Shown here in pieces: positions 48,648 through 59,151 of a stretch of 60,919 nucleotides of DNA. The position numbers and the translations under genes are program-made. Origin of the DNA: Bacteroidales bacterium (lineage in GTDB: Bacteria > Bacteroidota > Bacteroidia > Bacteroidales > UBA10428); contig JAFGPB010000087.1 in NCBI GenBank assembly GCA_016926205.1, forward strand, positions 1-60,919. The letters are read 5' to 3'. Positions within the stretch are counted from its first letter, which is position 1. Each line of letters begins with the position of its first letter. The notes below the pieces were generated by a model. It ran no database searches. It had not been told where the DNA came from and worked only from the letters and a program-made list of their open reading frames with translations.

Positions 48648-50996
48648 ATGGGCAGATTTAAAATCAACCGTAAAAAATTCAACAGATATTTTTGGATTAT
48701 TTTTGCCGTTCCCTTTGCTATACTGGCCATATTGCTTGTACTGGCTGCTCTTGGGGGCCTGGGTTACATGCCCGATATCGAGACACTTGAAAATCCACAA
48801 ATCAGCCTTGCCTCCCAGGTGATCTCGGAGGACGGTGAAATTCTGGGCTCATTTTACTATCAGAATCAGAACAGAACCTATGTGGATTACGACGAGGTAC
48901 CTTCCCATGTGATCGATGCACTGATCGCAACCGAGGACATCCGTTTTTACCGCCATGCCGGTATCGACGCGAAAAGCCTGGCACGTGTCGCCATCAAAAC
49001 GGTACTGCTTCAGCAGCGCAGCTCGGGTGGCGGAAGCACCATCACACAACAGCTGGCAAAGCTTCTCTTCCATGATCCCCCGAGGACCATGGTCGGCAGG
49101 ATCAAACAAAAGATCAAGGAATGGATCATTGCCGTGCGCCTTGAAAAAGCCTATACAAAAGAAGAGATCATCATCATGTATTTCAACCAGTGCGACTTCC
49201 TGAACCAGGCCGTGGGGATCAAATCCGCCGCACAGGTTTATTTCAGCACGATCCCGGATTCCCTGAACATCGAACAGGGTGCCATGCTTGTCGGCATGGC
49301 AAAAAATCCTTCCTATTATAATCCCGTGGATTCGGCAAAAAAGGATCAGGTCCTGATCAGGCGCAATGTGGTGCTGAACCAGATGGAAAAATACGGTTAC
49401 CTCGACGGGGAACTTAATGACTCTCTGAAACAGCTGCCCATTGAGCTTAAATTCCAGCGCATATCGCACAATCAGGGACTGGCAACTTACTTTCGTGAAT
49501 TTTTGAGAAGGACCATGACGGCCGGGGAGCCCCGTCGCGGAGACTATGGCGACTACGCTGCATACCGGGAGGATTCAGCAAAGTGGGTCGATGACCCGCT
49601 TTACGGATGGTGCAACAAAAATAAGAAACCCAACGGGGAACCGTATAATTTATATACCGATGGACTGAAAATCTTTTCCACCATCAATTCAAGCATGCAA
49701 CGATATGCTGAAGAGGCCATTGTTCAACACCTGAGCACAGAAATCCAGCCTGCATTTTTTGATGAGAAAAAGAACAGCAGCAGGGCACCCTTTTCATCTG
49801 ACCTGACCAGCCAGCAGGTTCAGGACATCCTGTGGAGGGGAATTGTGCTTTCCGACCGCGGCAGAAAACTCCGGGATGCCGGTGCATCCCACAGCGAAAT
49901 CTCCGATGAATTCAACAAGGCCGTACCCATGCGGGTGTTCAGCTGGAACGGACCGGTTGATACCATCATGACTCCCATGGACTCCATCCGGTATTATAAG
50001 CATTTCATTCATTCGGGCTTTATGGCCATGGATCCACAAACAGGAGAAGTCAGGGCTTATGTGGGCGGGATTGATTATACGGAATTCCAGTACGACCATG
50101 TTACACAGGGTAAACGACAGGTGGGATCGACATTCAAACCGTTTTTGTATATCCTTGCCATGCAGGAGGGATACAGTCCGTGTGATAAAGTACTTAACGT
50201 GGAACAATCGTTCATCGTCAACGATTCAGTTTACCGGCCGAGAAGCCTGAGCAAGCCGGAGGACCTGAACACCTGGAAGACATTGAAATGGGGACTGGCA
50301 ACATCCGAGAACAACATATCTGCATGGCTTGTCAGGCAGTTCAATCCCAAACCCATAGCTGACATTGCACACAAAATGGGCATAAAAAGTTATATCGATC
50401 CCGTTCCGGCCATGATATACGGAACATCGGACGTTTCTGTGGCTGAAATGGTATCATCGTTTGCAACCTTTGCCAATAAAGGAGTTCATACCGAACCTCT
50501 TTTTATTACAAGGATCGAGGACAAAAACGGAAATGTACTGACTGAATTCATGCCCGACCGTATGGAATCGATCAGCGAAGAAACCGCCTATCTGATGCTG
50601 AACCTCCTGGAAGGCGTGACAAATTCCGGCACTGCTATCCGGCTGCGCTACAGGTATAATTTCACAGCACCGATCGCGGCAAAAACCGGCACCACACAGA
50701 ACCATTCAGACGGATGGTTCATCGGTGTGACACCAAAACTGGCTGGCGGAACATGGGTCGGTGCTGAAGACCGCTCCGTCCATTTCGACAGGATGGATCT
50801 GGGACAGGGTGCAAACCTTGCCCTTCCGATATGGGCCCTGTTTATGGAAAAAGTATATGCTGACAGCGCCAATCTGAAGATTTACCAGACTGATGAATTT
50901 GAAGCTCCTCCCAACATGGCCCCGATACCCAATTGTGAGGATGTGACGTCCGAATCTTCCGTCGCCAATGATTATTACTGGGAGACCGAGTGGTAG
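48648..50996 (+). CDS. Class A penicillin-binding protein (PBP1A)
   Basis: Transglycosylase EDIRFYRHAG and GGSTITQQL; transpeptidase STFK, SEN, KTGT; start ATG 48648 or 48630. Confidence 0.93.
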   Translation: MGRFKINRKKFNRYFWIIFAVPFAILAILLVLAALGGLGYMPDIETLENPQISLASQVISEDGEILGSFYYQNQNRTYVDYDEVPSHVIDALIATEDIRFYRHAGIDAKSLARVAIKTVLLQQRSSGGGSTITQQLAKLLFHDPPRTMVGRIKQKIKEWIIAVRLEKAYTKEEIIIMYFNQCDFLNQAVGIKSAAQVYFSTIPDSLNIEQGAMLVGMAKNPSYYNPVDSAKKDQVLIRRNVVLNQMEKYGYLDGELNDSLKQLPIELKFQRISHNQGLATYFREFLRRTMTAGEPRRGDYGDYAAYREDSAKWVDDPLYGWCNKNKKPNGEPYNLYTDGLKIFSTINSSMQRYAEEAIVQHLSTEIQPAFFDEKKNSSRAPFSSDLTSQQVQDILWRGIVLSDRGRKLRDAGASHSEISDEFNKAVPMRVFSWNGPVDTIMTPMDSIRYYKHFIHSGFMAMDPQTGEVRAYVGGIDYTEFQYDHVTQGKRQVGSTFKPFLYILAMQEGYSPCDKVLNVEQSFIVNDSVYRPRSLSKPEDLNTWKTLKWGLATSENNISAWLVRQFNPKPIADIAHKMGIKSYIDPVPAMIYGTSDVSVAEMVSSFATFANKGVHTEPLFITRIEDKNGNVLTEFMPDRMESISEETAYLMLNLLEGVTNSGTAIRLRYRYNFTAPIAAKTGTTQNHSDGWFIGVTPKLAGGTWVGAEDRSVHFDRMDLGQGANLALPIWALFMEKVYADSANLKIYQTDEFEAPPNMAPIPNCEDVTSESSVANDYYWETEW

Positions 50997-51005
50997 CCCG
51001 CTCTG

Positions 51006-52376
51006 TCAGGGGTATGAAACGAACAAATGCTTCAAAACCTCCTCCAGCCGTCTCACCTTTACCAGCTTGATTTCTTTTTTTTCCGGAAGGTTAATCCTGC
51101 CGTGTGCTGCTGAAATCATAATTTCATCAAATCCAAGCCTTTCCGCTTCCCTGATCCGGCTTTCAATCCGGCTTACGGGGCGGATTTCTCCGGAAAGACC
51201 GACTTCAGCGCTAAAGCACTTCTTTTTCCCTGTCGGTTTGTCCCTGCTGGATGACAGAATTGCGACGATCACGGCCAGGTCGATGGCAGGATCCGTAACC
51301 CTCAGTCCCCCGGCCAGATTCAGAAAGACATCCCTTGTCGCCAGCCTGAATCCGGCCCTTCTTTCGAGCACGGCCAGCAACATGTTCAGTTTGCGCAGGT
51401 CGTAGCCGGACGAAACCCTCTGTGGAATGCCATAGGCAGCGGTACTTACAAGGGCTTGTACTTCAATAAGAAAAGGCCTGATTCCATCAATAGTGGCAGC
51501 GATTGAAATACCGCTGAGTTCCTCGTTGCTGGTGTTTATCAGGACTTCAGACGGATTCTTCACTTCCCTGAGCCCTTCATGCAGCATTTCAAATATGCCC
51601 AGTTCGGTGGTTGCTCCAAAGCGGTTCTTGGCAGCCCTGAGGATCCGGAAAAAATACTGCTGGTCCCCTTCGAACAGCAAAACGGTGTCCACAATGTGTT
51701 CAAGGATCTTCGGACCGGCAAGACTGCCATCCTTTGTAATATGACCTATCAGCAGGACAGGCGTGGCTGTTTCTTTTGCAAATTTCAGCAACCGTGCAGT
51801 ACAATCCCTGATCTGTGAAATGCTTCCCGAAGAGGACTCGTTTTCATCATCCTGAAGGGTCTGTACTGAATCCACGATGACTACATCAGGTTTCAGTTTA
51901 TCCAGATGGATGAAAATGTTTTCCAGCATTACCTCACTAAGGACATAACAATGGTCATTCCCTGTTTTCAGTCTGTCAGCCCGCATTCTGATCTGCTCCG
52001 TACTCTCCTCTCCGGATATGTAAAGCACTTTTGAATCCTTCATTGCCAGTGCCACCTGCAATGCAAGAGTGGACTTTCCGATGCCGGGCTCACCTCCTAT
52101 CAGAACCACTGATCCTTTCACCAGTCCGCCCCCGAGAACACGATTCAGTTCACTGATCCGGGTATCCAGGCGCGGCAATCTTTCCGGACTGATTTCACTC
52201 AGCGGCAAAGGTTCAGCCATTTTGTTCCGTAAAGATCTGGTCCCCGCTGGCTTTCCTGTAAACCGTGTCTCCTCTCTGAAGGTATTCCATTGCCCGCAGG
52301 AGGGACATCTCCCGATCCATTTCGGAGTTTCGTTGCCGCAGCTGGTGCAGACAAAAACACTTCTGGTTTTACCCAT
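51006..52376 (-). CDS. radA: DNA repair protein RadA/Sms
   Basis: C4 zinc finger CTSCG..CPSC, GGEPGIGKSTL, GEES, KNRFG, Lon-like C-terminus. Confidence 0.98.
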   Translation of the reverse strand: MGKTRSVFVCTSCGNETPKWIGRCPSCGQWNTFREETRFTGKPAGTRSLRNKMAEPLPLSEISPERLPRLDTRISELNRVLGGGLVKGSVVLIGGEPGIGKSTLALQVALAMKDSKVLYISGEESTEQIRMRADRLKTGNDHCYVLSEVMLENIFIHLDKLKPDVVIVDSVQTLQDDENESSSGSISQIRDCTARLLKFAKETATPVLLIGHITKDGSLAGPKILEHIVDTVLLFEGDQQYFFRILRAAKNRFGATTELGIFEMLHEGLREVKNPSEVLINTSNEELSGISIAATIDGIRPFLIEVQALVSTAAYGIPQRVSSGYDLRKLNMLLAVLERRAGFRLATRDVFLNLAGGLRVTDPAIDLAVIVAILSSSRDKPTGKKKCFSAEVGLSGEIRPVSRIESRIREAERLGFDEIMISAAHGRINLPEKKEIKLVKVRRLEEVLKHLFVSYP

Positions 52377-52882
52377 CAGACCGAACCGGAATTAATTCTG
52401 TTGATTGTTTCCCGGGTTGAATGCGCTGCTGTTGAATCCAGACTGATGATCTTCCCTCCGTATTGTCTGACGACATCGCCCAAAGCACTGTCTTCAGGTT
52501 CGTGATCCGCTCTCATTACCAGCACATCAGGACGGATCTGCCGGATCAGGTTCAAAGGTGTTTCCTCATCAAACAGCACAACGACAGATACAAAACGCAT
52601 TGATGCCAGGATCAGTGCCCTTGATTCCTCATCCAGATACAGGCTGATGTTTCTTTTAAGCTTTTTTACCGATGCATCGGTATTCAGGCCGACGACCAGA
52701 AAATCACCCTGTCCGGCAGCTTCAGCGAGATATTGAACATGTCCTTTATGCAGAATATCAAAAAAACCACTGGTGAATACAATCTTCTGATGCCTGAACC
52801 TCACAATCGAGAGCCATCGTTCGAGTTCAATTCCTGATCGTATCCTGCCCTTTATCAATGCAGTTCTTTCCATAAAAATCAT
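52376..52882 (-). CDS. RfaE2/HldC-like cytidylyltransferase-family protein (divergent motifs)
   Basis: VFTSGFFDILHKGH, LVVGLNTDASV, FDEETP, IRPDVLV; stop overlaps radA ATG. Confidence 0.75.
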   Translation of the reverse strand: MIFMERTALIKGRIRSGIELERWLSIVRFRHQKIVFTSGFFDILHKGHVQYLAEAAGQGDFLVVGLNTDASVKKLKRNISLYLDEESRALILASMRFVSVVVLFDEETPLNLIRQIRPDVLVMRADHEPEDSALGDVVRQYGGKIISLDSTAAHSTRETINRINSGSV

Positions 52883-52958
52883 CTGGTTTAAACCGTTTTA
52901 CCTTTCACTGTTAACCGTTTGCTGCTCTTGCCGTCTAACGTTCGGCACATACCTTTAT

Positions 52959-53309
52959 TCAAACAAGTCTGTTTGTTGCTGTATCGGGAAAGACAAATGC
53001 AGGCACAAATTCTTTGGCCTCCTCAAAATCCATCATGGCATAGGATATGATGATCAATATATCACCAACCATCGCCTTTCGGGCAGCAGGCCCATTCAAA
53101 CAGATAATTCCCGAACCTCGTTTGCCTTTGATGACATAAGTGTCCAGCCGTTCACCGTTGTTGATGTTAACAACCTGCACTTTTTCATTTTCAATGATAT
53201 TGGCTGCATCCATAAGATCCTCATCAATCGTTATGCTGCCAATATAATAAAGGTCCGCTTCCGTCACGGTGACCTTATGAATTTTTGATTTTACGATTTC
53301 TATTTGCAT
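52959..53309 (-). CDS. panD: Aspartate 1-decarboxylase
   Basis: [13 protein letters not shown] (Gly-Ser cleavage site), [15 protein letters not shown]. Confidence 0.97.
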   Translation of the reverse strand: MQIEIVKSKIHKVTVTEADLYYIGSITIDEDLMDAANIIENEKVQVVNINNGERLDTYVIKGKRGSGIICLNGPAARKAMVGDILIIISYAMMDFEEAKEFVPAFVFPDTATNRLV

Positions 53310-53321
53310 GACAATGCAAAT

Positions 53322-54167
53322 TTACGAAGAAAAATAGACATTGTCAATAAGCCTTATCTTTCCGAGTTTTACAGCGATACAGCCAATCTTATTCCCTTTC
53401 TGACCGAAGTCTTTTACAGGCTGAAGCGTCCGGTCATCCACAATTTCAAAATAATCCGCTTCCATAAGCGGATTGCTGTTGATCCTGCTGACCACAAATT
53501 CCCTGGTTTCATCCGCTGTGTGGACCTTTGCCATATCCCTGGCTGCAAACAATATACGCGATATGGCAACGGCACTTGCACGTTGTTCGGGACTGAGCAA
53601 TACGTTTCTCGAACTTAGGGCGAGTCCGTCATCTTCCCTTACGATCGGACAGGCTACAATTTCAATAGGATACTTAAGATCATCCACAACTTTCCTAATG
53701 ATTGCAACCTGTTGAAAATCCTTCAAACCGAAGTAGATCCTGTGCGGAATCACAATATCCAGCAGCCGGGTCACAACCTGGGCCACTCCGTTAAAGTGAC
53801 CGGGACGGCGCAGACCTTCCATAACATTGTCCAGTCCGCCAAAGTTGAACTGCCTCGTGTCCGGAACAGGATAGATTTCCTTTTCATCGGGACAAAAAGC
53901 CAGGTCGCATGAATTCTTTTCCAGCAACTCCAGATCTTTGCTCAGATTTCGCGGATAATTACATAGATCAGCGGGATCATTGAACTGTGTGGGATTCACA
54001 AAAATGCTCACAATGGAAACATCATTCTGTGCTTTGCACGCATCCAGCAGTGAGAGGTGCCCGCCGTGCAACGCACCCATGGTAGGGACAAAACCGACCG
54101 TCCTTCCCGTGTTCCTGTATGAACGGACCTTCTGTGAAAGTAAATCCGCCAGTTGAATGATTTCCAT
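53322..54167 (-). CDS. panC: Pantoate--beta-alanine ligase
   Basis: VPTMGALHGGH, SIFVNPTQF, RPGHFNGV, FGLKDFQQ, DGLALSSRN, RLIDN; ATG at 54167. Confidence 0.97.
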   Translation of the reverse strand: MEIIQLADLLSQKVRSYRNTGRTVGFVPTMGALHGGHLSLLDACKAQNDVSIVSIFVNPTQFNDPADLCNYPRNLSKDLELLEKNSCDLAFCPDEKEIYPVPDTRQFNFGGLDNVMEGLRRPGHFNGVAQVVTRLLDIVIPHRIYFGLKDFQQVAIIRKVVDDLKYPIEIVACPIVREDDGLALSSRNVLLSPEQRASAVAISRILFAARDMAKVHTADETREFVVSRINSNPLMEADYFEIVDDRTLQPVKDFGQKGNKIGCIAVKLGKIRLIDNVYFSS

Positions 54168-54181
54168 ATTTTTTGACGATG

Positions 54182-54225
54182 CAAATATAGAAGAAATATA
54201 ATTAACGAAATTTTTAGTAATTTTG
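54182..54225. promoter_or_regulatory. Divergent -7 promoter elements for panC and the glycogen-synthase-like gene
   Basis: TATATTTG (minus, 54182-54189) and TAATTTTG (plus, 54218-54225). Confidence 0.55.
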
Positions 54226-54257
54226 TGCAAATATTCTAAAATAGCAAGCAAAGCTAA

Positions 54258-55073
54258 ATGAAGGGTCTTAAAGTTCTTTACGTATCACAAGAAATAACTC
54301 CCTACCTCCCCGAATCTGAAATGTCTGTCATTGGGAGAAACTTACCACAAGCCATCCAGGAAAAGGGAAAAGAGATACGGACATTCATGCCAAAATACGG
54401 ATGTATCAATGAAAGAAGAAATCAGCTGCATGAAGTGATCCGTCTTTCAGGCATGAATATCATCATTGATGACACGGATCATCCCCTGATTATAAAAGTA
54501 GCTTCCATACAGGCAGCGCGAATGCAGGTCTACTTTATTGACAATGAAGATTATTTCCAGCGCAGGTATCTGTTCCATGATGACGATGGGGTCTTTTTTG
54601 ACGACAACGATGAACGGGCAATCTTTTTTACGAGGGGTGTCATTGAAACGGTAAAAAAATTACAATGGCCTCCGAATATTATTCATTGTCACGGCTGGTT
54701 TTCAGGATTACTGCCCCTTTATGTTAAAAAAGTATACGAAGATGACCCGGTTTTCAGAAACTCCAGGATCATCTGGTCCGTATACAATAATGAATTTAAC
54801 AAAACCATGAACAAATCCTTCATGCATAAACTCGCGCAGGACGGCATTAACAGCAGTGACCTGAAGATTATTGACAATCCCGATTATCTCAATTACTGCA
54901 AGCTCATCGTTAACAATTGTGATGGAATCATCATCGGCAGTCCTTCCATACATCCTGGTCTGGCCGGCTATATCAAGAAATCAGGCAAGTCCATGCTCCC
55001 TTACCAGGAACCGGCAGATTATGTTGAAGCATATTCCGAGTTCTATAAAAAGATCCTGGACATAAAAAACTGA
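54258..55073 (+). CDS. Glycogen/starch synthase N-terminal (GT5) domain-only protein
   Basis: VLYVSQEITPY, RTFMPKYG, VYFIDNEDYFQR, DNDERAIFF, IIHCHGW; only 271 aa. Confidence 0.85.
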   Translation: MKGLKVLYVSQEITPYLPESEMSVIGRNLPQAIQEKGKEIRTFMPKYGCINERRNQLHEVIRLSGMNIIIDDTDHPLIIKVASIQAARMQVYFIDNEDYFQRRYLFHDDDGVFFDDNDERAIFFTRGVIETVKKLQWPPNIIHCHGWFSGLLPLYVKKVYEDDPVFRNSRIIWSVYNNEFNKTMNKSFMHKLAQDGINSSDLKIIDNPDYLNYCKLIVNNCDGIIIGSPSIHPGLAGYIKKSGKSMLPYQEPADYVEAYSEFYKKILDIKN

Positions 55074-55102
55074 TCGCTAATCCTGAATAAACATTACATT
55101 TC

Positions 55103-56941
55103 ATGTGTGGTATTGTCGGATATATTGGCTACAGGGAAGTACTTCCTGTATTGTTAAATGGTCTGAAACGGCTTGAATACAGGGGTTATGATTCCGCAGG
55201 AGTTGCAGTCCTCAATAACAAAACCGGTATCTATAAATGTAAGGGCAAAGTGACGGATCTGGAAGAACACATCAAAAAAGATGACGGTCTTTCCGGGACC
55301 ATAGGCATAGGCCATACACGCTGGGCAACCCATGGAGAACCCAATGATATCAATGCACATCCCCACATGTCCTACAGGGGAAAATTTGTCATCATTCATA
55401 ATGGTATTATTGAAAACTATGCACCGCTAAAGGAGACACTGGTGAGCAAGGGTATAAAATTCAAAGGTGAAACAGATTCGGAGGTGCTGGTAAATCTCAT
55501 TGAATACATCTATCTGAAAGGTAACATGACTGCCGAAATGGCTGCAAGACTGGCCCTAAGCAAGGTTGAAGGAGCTTATGGCATTGTACTGATGTGCACC
55601 GATGAAAAGGACAAGCTCATTGCAGCCCGCAAAGGAAGCCCTCTCGTGATCGGTGTTGGTCATGAAGAATATTTCATCGCCTCTGATGCCACACCTATTG
55701 TGGAATACACAAAGAGCGTCATTTATTTGAATGACAACGATGTTGCAGTTCTTACCAGGTCTGAACTGATTCTCAAAACCCTGAAGAACATCCGGCTTAC
55801 ACCACAGGTTCATCAGATCGACCTTGATGTTGATGAAATTGACAAGGGGGGTTATGCGCATTTCATGCTTAAGGAAATCTTTGAACAGCCCCGTTCCATA
55901 CTCGACACTTTCCGCGGCCGTGTAATTTCAGACGGTTCAGAATTGCGTCTGGGCGGACTGTTTCATGTGATACCCCGACTGGTTGAGGCTAAGCGTATCA
56001 TTATCGTTGCATGCGGCACATCCTGGCATGCCGGACTTGTGGGTGAATACCTGTTTGAAGATCTGGCCCGGGTATCCGTCGAAGTTGAATACGCTTCCGA
56101 ATTCAGGTACCGCCGTCCCATCATCACCGTTGATGATGTTGTCATTGCCATCAGTCAGAGTGGAGAAACTGCCGATACGCTCGCCGCGGTAAGACTAGCA
56201 AAGGAATCAGGTGCACTTGTCCTCGGCATTTGCAATGTGGTCGGATCCAGCATTCCCCGTGAAACCGATGCCGGAGTTTATACACATGCCGGACCTGAGA
56301 TCGGTGTGGCTTCAACCAAAGCATTCACCGCACAGGTCACCGTACTGGCCATGATGGCCATTTTGATCGCAAAAAAGAGAAACCTGCTGGACGACAAACA
56401 ATACAGAACCTATATTAAAAATTTAGTTGAAGTCCCTGATAAAATCGGGGCTATATTGAAGGATGATGCAAAATTCAGGAATATTGCAGGTATGTATCAG
56501 CACGTGAACAACTTCCTGTACCTGGGCCGCGGATACCTTTTCCCGGTAGCGCTTGAGGGTGCTCTCAAACTCAAGGAGATTTCCTACATTCACGCCGAAG
56601 GATATCCGGCAGCAGAAATGAAGCACGGTCCGATCGCCTTGATTGACCAGAACATGCCTGTTGTCGTGCTTGCCACCAAAGACCATTCCTATGATAAAAT
56701 CGTAAGCAACATCCAGGAGGTAAAAGCCCGGAAAGGAATTGTCATCGCAGTTGTAAATCAAGGTGATACTGCCATACGGAAAATGGCTGATCACATACTG
56801 GAAATCCCGTCTTCACCTTCCATTTTCACACCCCTGCTGGCGGTTATTCCGCTTCAGCTCCTGTCCTATCACATCGCCGTAATGCGCGGGTGCAATGTCG
56901 ATCAACCCAGGAACCTTGCGAAGTCTGTTACAGTGGAGTAA
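55103..56941 (+). CDS. glmS: Glutamine--fructose-6-phosphate aminotransferase
   Basis: MCGIVG, LEYRGYDSAG, GHTRWATHG, SQSGETADT, ASTKAF, PRNLAKSVTVE. Confidence 0.98.
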   Translation: MCGIVGYIGYREVLPVLLNGLKRLEYRGYDSAGVAVLNNKTGIYKCKGKVTDLEEHIKKDDGLSGTIGIGHTRWATHGEPNDINAHPHMSYRGKFVIIHNGIIENYAPLKETLVSKGIKFKGETDSEVLVNLIEYIYLKGNMTAEMAARLALSKVEGAYGIVLMCTDEKDKLIAARKGSPLVIGVGHEEYFIASDATPIVEYTKSVIYLNDNDVAVLTRSELILKTLKNIRLTPQVHQIDLDVDEIDKGGYAHFMLKEIFEQPRSILDTFRGRVISDGSELRLGGLFHVIPRLVEAKRIIIVACGTSWHAGLVGEYLFEDLARVSVEVEYASEFRYRRPIITVDDVVIAISQSGETADTLAAVRLAKESGALVLGICNVVGSSIPRETDAGVYTHAGPEIGVASTKAFTAQVTVLAMMAILIAKKRNLLDDKQYRTYIKNLVEVPDKIGAILKDDAKFRNIAGMYQHVNNFLYLGRGYLFPVALEGALKLKEISYIHAEGYPAAEMKHGPIALIDQNMPVVVLATKDHSYDKIVSNIQEVKARKGIVIAVVNQGDTAIRKMADHILEIPSSPSIFTPLLAVIPLQLLSYHIAVMRGCNVDQPRNLAKSVTVE

Positions 56942-56956
56942 GTTTACTTTGCAATT

Positions 56957-56999
56957 TTCAGTGAAGAATGCAGGCTGTGTTTTTCACTGAACATTTTTG
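56957..56999 (+). terminator. Hairpin terminator after glmS
   Basis: TTCAGTGAAGAATGCA-ggc-TGTGTTTTTCACTGAA 16-bp stem with G-U pairs, followed by CATTTTTG. Confidence 0.6.
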
Positions 57000-57048
57000 T
57001 CGGACATCACATCCTGTTCCCGTTTCTTACTTCATGACGTATGAATGC

Positions 57049-58104
57049 TCACCTGTTGCCGTATTGCTTCCGGTAATAGCGCTTATACTGTCCGCTGACA
57101 ACATGCTGTACCCAGGTTGTATTGTTCAGGTACCAGTCGACCGTCAGGTCCAGTCCTTTTTTGAAATCCACTAGGGGTTCCCAGCTCAGTTCGCGCCTGA
57201 TTTTAGAGGAATCGATGGCATACCGAAAATCATGGCCTGCACGGTCCGTCACAAATGTGATCAATCCTGCGCTGGTCCCTTTTTTGCGTCCCAGCTTGTC
57301 ATCCATGATGGAACAGAGAAACCGGATCAGATCAAGGTTTTTCCATTCATTGGTGCCTCCGATGTTGTACTTTTCCCCGATCCTTCCCCTGTGAAACAGG
57401 AGGTCAATGGCCTTTGCATGATCTTCAACATAAAGCCAGTCACGTACGTTTTCTCCCTGTCCGTAAACGGGAACAGGCCTGTTGTTTACAATGTTATGTA
57501 TGGCCAGCGGTATGAGCTTCTCGGGAAACTGATTGGGGCCGTAATTGTTGGAGCAGTTGGATATGACGACCGGCAACCTGTAAGTGTTGTGATAGGCTTT
57601 GACAAAATGATCCGCACCGGCTTTTGAAGCGGAATACGGACTCCGGGGATCGTAAGAGGAAAGTTCCGTAAAAACCCCGCCTTCATCCAGCGAACCGAAT
57701 ACTTCATCTGTGGATATCTGATAAAACCGCTTTCCGTTCATGCCGGTCTTCCATTGTTCTTTTGCCAGATTGAGCAGATTCACGGTTCCCATGATGTTGG
57801 TCCTGATAAAGACAAGGGGACTGTCAATTGAACGGTCTACATGGGATTCGGCCGCCAGGTGTATGATGCCGTCAAAACTGTATTTGCTGAAAAGTTCCCG
57901 CAGCTGCCGCATGTTTGTAATGTCAATCCTGAAAAATTTGTAGTTGTCCTTGTTTTCGATATCTGCAAGATTTTCCAGGTTCCCGGCATAAGTCAGTTTG
58001 TCGATATTAACGATCCGATAATCCGGATGACTTTTGACCAGCAGCCGCACGACATGGGATCCAATAAAACCTGCCCCTCCGGTGATCAGAATGGTCTTTT
58101 TCAT
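57049..58104 (-). CDS. rfbB: dTDP-glucose 4,6-dehydratase
   Basis: TGGAGFIGS, DKLTYAGN, HLAAESHVDRSI, STDEV, YSASK, SNNYGP. Confidence 0.96.
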   Translation of the reverse strand: MKKTILITGGAGFIGSHVVRLLVKSHPDYRIVNIDKLTYAGNLENLADIENKDNYKFFRIDITNMRQLRELFSKYSFDGIIHLAAESHVDRSIDSPLVFIRTNIMGTVNLLNLAKEQWKTGMNGKRFYQISTDEVFGSLDEGGVFTELSSYDPRSPYSASKAGADHFVKAYHNTYRLPVVISNCSNNYGPNQFPEKLIPLAIHNIVNNRPVPVYGQGENVRDWLYVEDHAKAIDLLFHRGRIGEKYNIGGTNEWKNLDLIRFLCSIMDDKLGRKKGTSAGLITFVTDRAGHDFRYAIDSSKIRRELSWEPLVDFKKGLDLTVDWYLNNTTWVQHVVSGQYKRYYRKQYGNR

Positions 58105-58116
58105 AAAAAAGTGATT

Positions 58117-59151
58117 TTACACGTTTGTCATTCTGTTAATCTGCTGTTCCCATTTCCAGGCTGATAAAACAACTTCCTCAAAAGGGGCAAGGGCCTTCCA
58201 TCCCAGAATCTCGCCGGCTTTCGAAGCATCTGCATAAATACAGCCAATGTCACCCGGCCTCCTGGGTACTATTCTGTAGTTGACTTTCATGTCCAGAACT
58301 TTTTCAAAGGCTGCTATGATCTCCAGGACTGACAGGCCTTTTCCGGTTCCCAGGTTGAACACTTCAAACGGCTCATTACCTTTTCTTTCCTCCAGCCGTC
58401 TGATGGCTGCCACATGTGCCTTTGCCAGATCCACAACATGAATATAATCACGTATCCCGGTTCCGTCGGGAGTATTGTAATCATTGCCGAATACATGAAG
58501 TTCACTGCGCTTGCCGATCAATGTCTGTGTGATTATAGGAACCAGATTCAGCGGTGGTCCGATCGGATATTCACCGATCAAAGCGGACGCATGTGCGCCA
58601 ACAGGATTGAAATACCGCAGTGAGATTGCCCGGTATCCTTCAGCGGATGCCAGGAAATCCGCAATCATCTCTTCGGAAACCTGCTTGGTGTTGCCATAGG
58701 GCGAAGCAGCTTTCTGAACAGGAGTTTCTTCAGTCACAGGCAGATTCTCAGGTTGTCCGTAAACAGTACATGATGACGAAAATACCAGACCGGGGATTCC
58801 GAAATCACGCATGGCCTTAAGCAGGTTGATCATCGAGCCCAGGTTGTTCTCATAGTACTCGAGGGGACGGGAGACTGATTCGCCCACCGCTTTCAGGGCC
58901 GCAAAATGTATGATGGCATCTATCTTTTCATATTTATTGCAGCACGCAATCAGTTTTTGCATGTCGCACAGGTCGAACTCCTCAAAAAAAGGACGAATCC
59001 CCGTGATCTCCCGGATGCCCTCCAGAACTTCTCTCCGGGAATTCATGAGATTGTCGGCTATTAAAACCTGATAACCGCTTTCGATCAGTTCAACAGCAGT
59101 GTGGGAACCGATATATCCGGTACCCCCGGTTACCAGTACGAGCTTATTCAT
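58117..59151 (-). CDS. galE: UDP-glucose 4-epimerase
   Basis: TGGTGYIGSHT, HFAALKAVGESV, YGNTK, LRYFNPVGAH, DGTGIRDYIHV. Confidence 0.96.
   Translation of the reverse strand: MNKLVLVTGGTGYIGSHTAVELIESGYQVLIADNLMNSRREVLEGIREITGIRPFFEEFDLCDMQKLIACCNKYEKIDAIIHFAALKAVGESVSRPLEYYENNLGSMINLLKAMRDFGIPGLVFSSSCTVYGQPENLPVTEETPVQKAASPYGNTKQVSEEMIADFLASAEGYRAISLRYFNPVGAHASALIGEYPIGPPLNLVPIITQTLIGKRSELHVFGNDYNTPDGTGIRDYIHVVDLAKAHVAAIRRLEERKGNEPFEVFNLGTGKGLSVLEIIAAFEKVLDMKVNYRIVPRRPGDIGCIYADASKAGEILGWKALAPFEEVVLSAWKWEQQINRMTNV

Noticed and set aside
54168-54251. PanC N-terminal extension
   Set aside because: Covers the divergent promoter region; ATG 54167 gives a normal-length PanC
55074-55102. glmS ribozyme upstream of glmS
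   Set aside because: Only 29 nt of intergenic sequence, too short for the ribozyme
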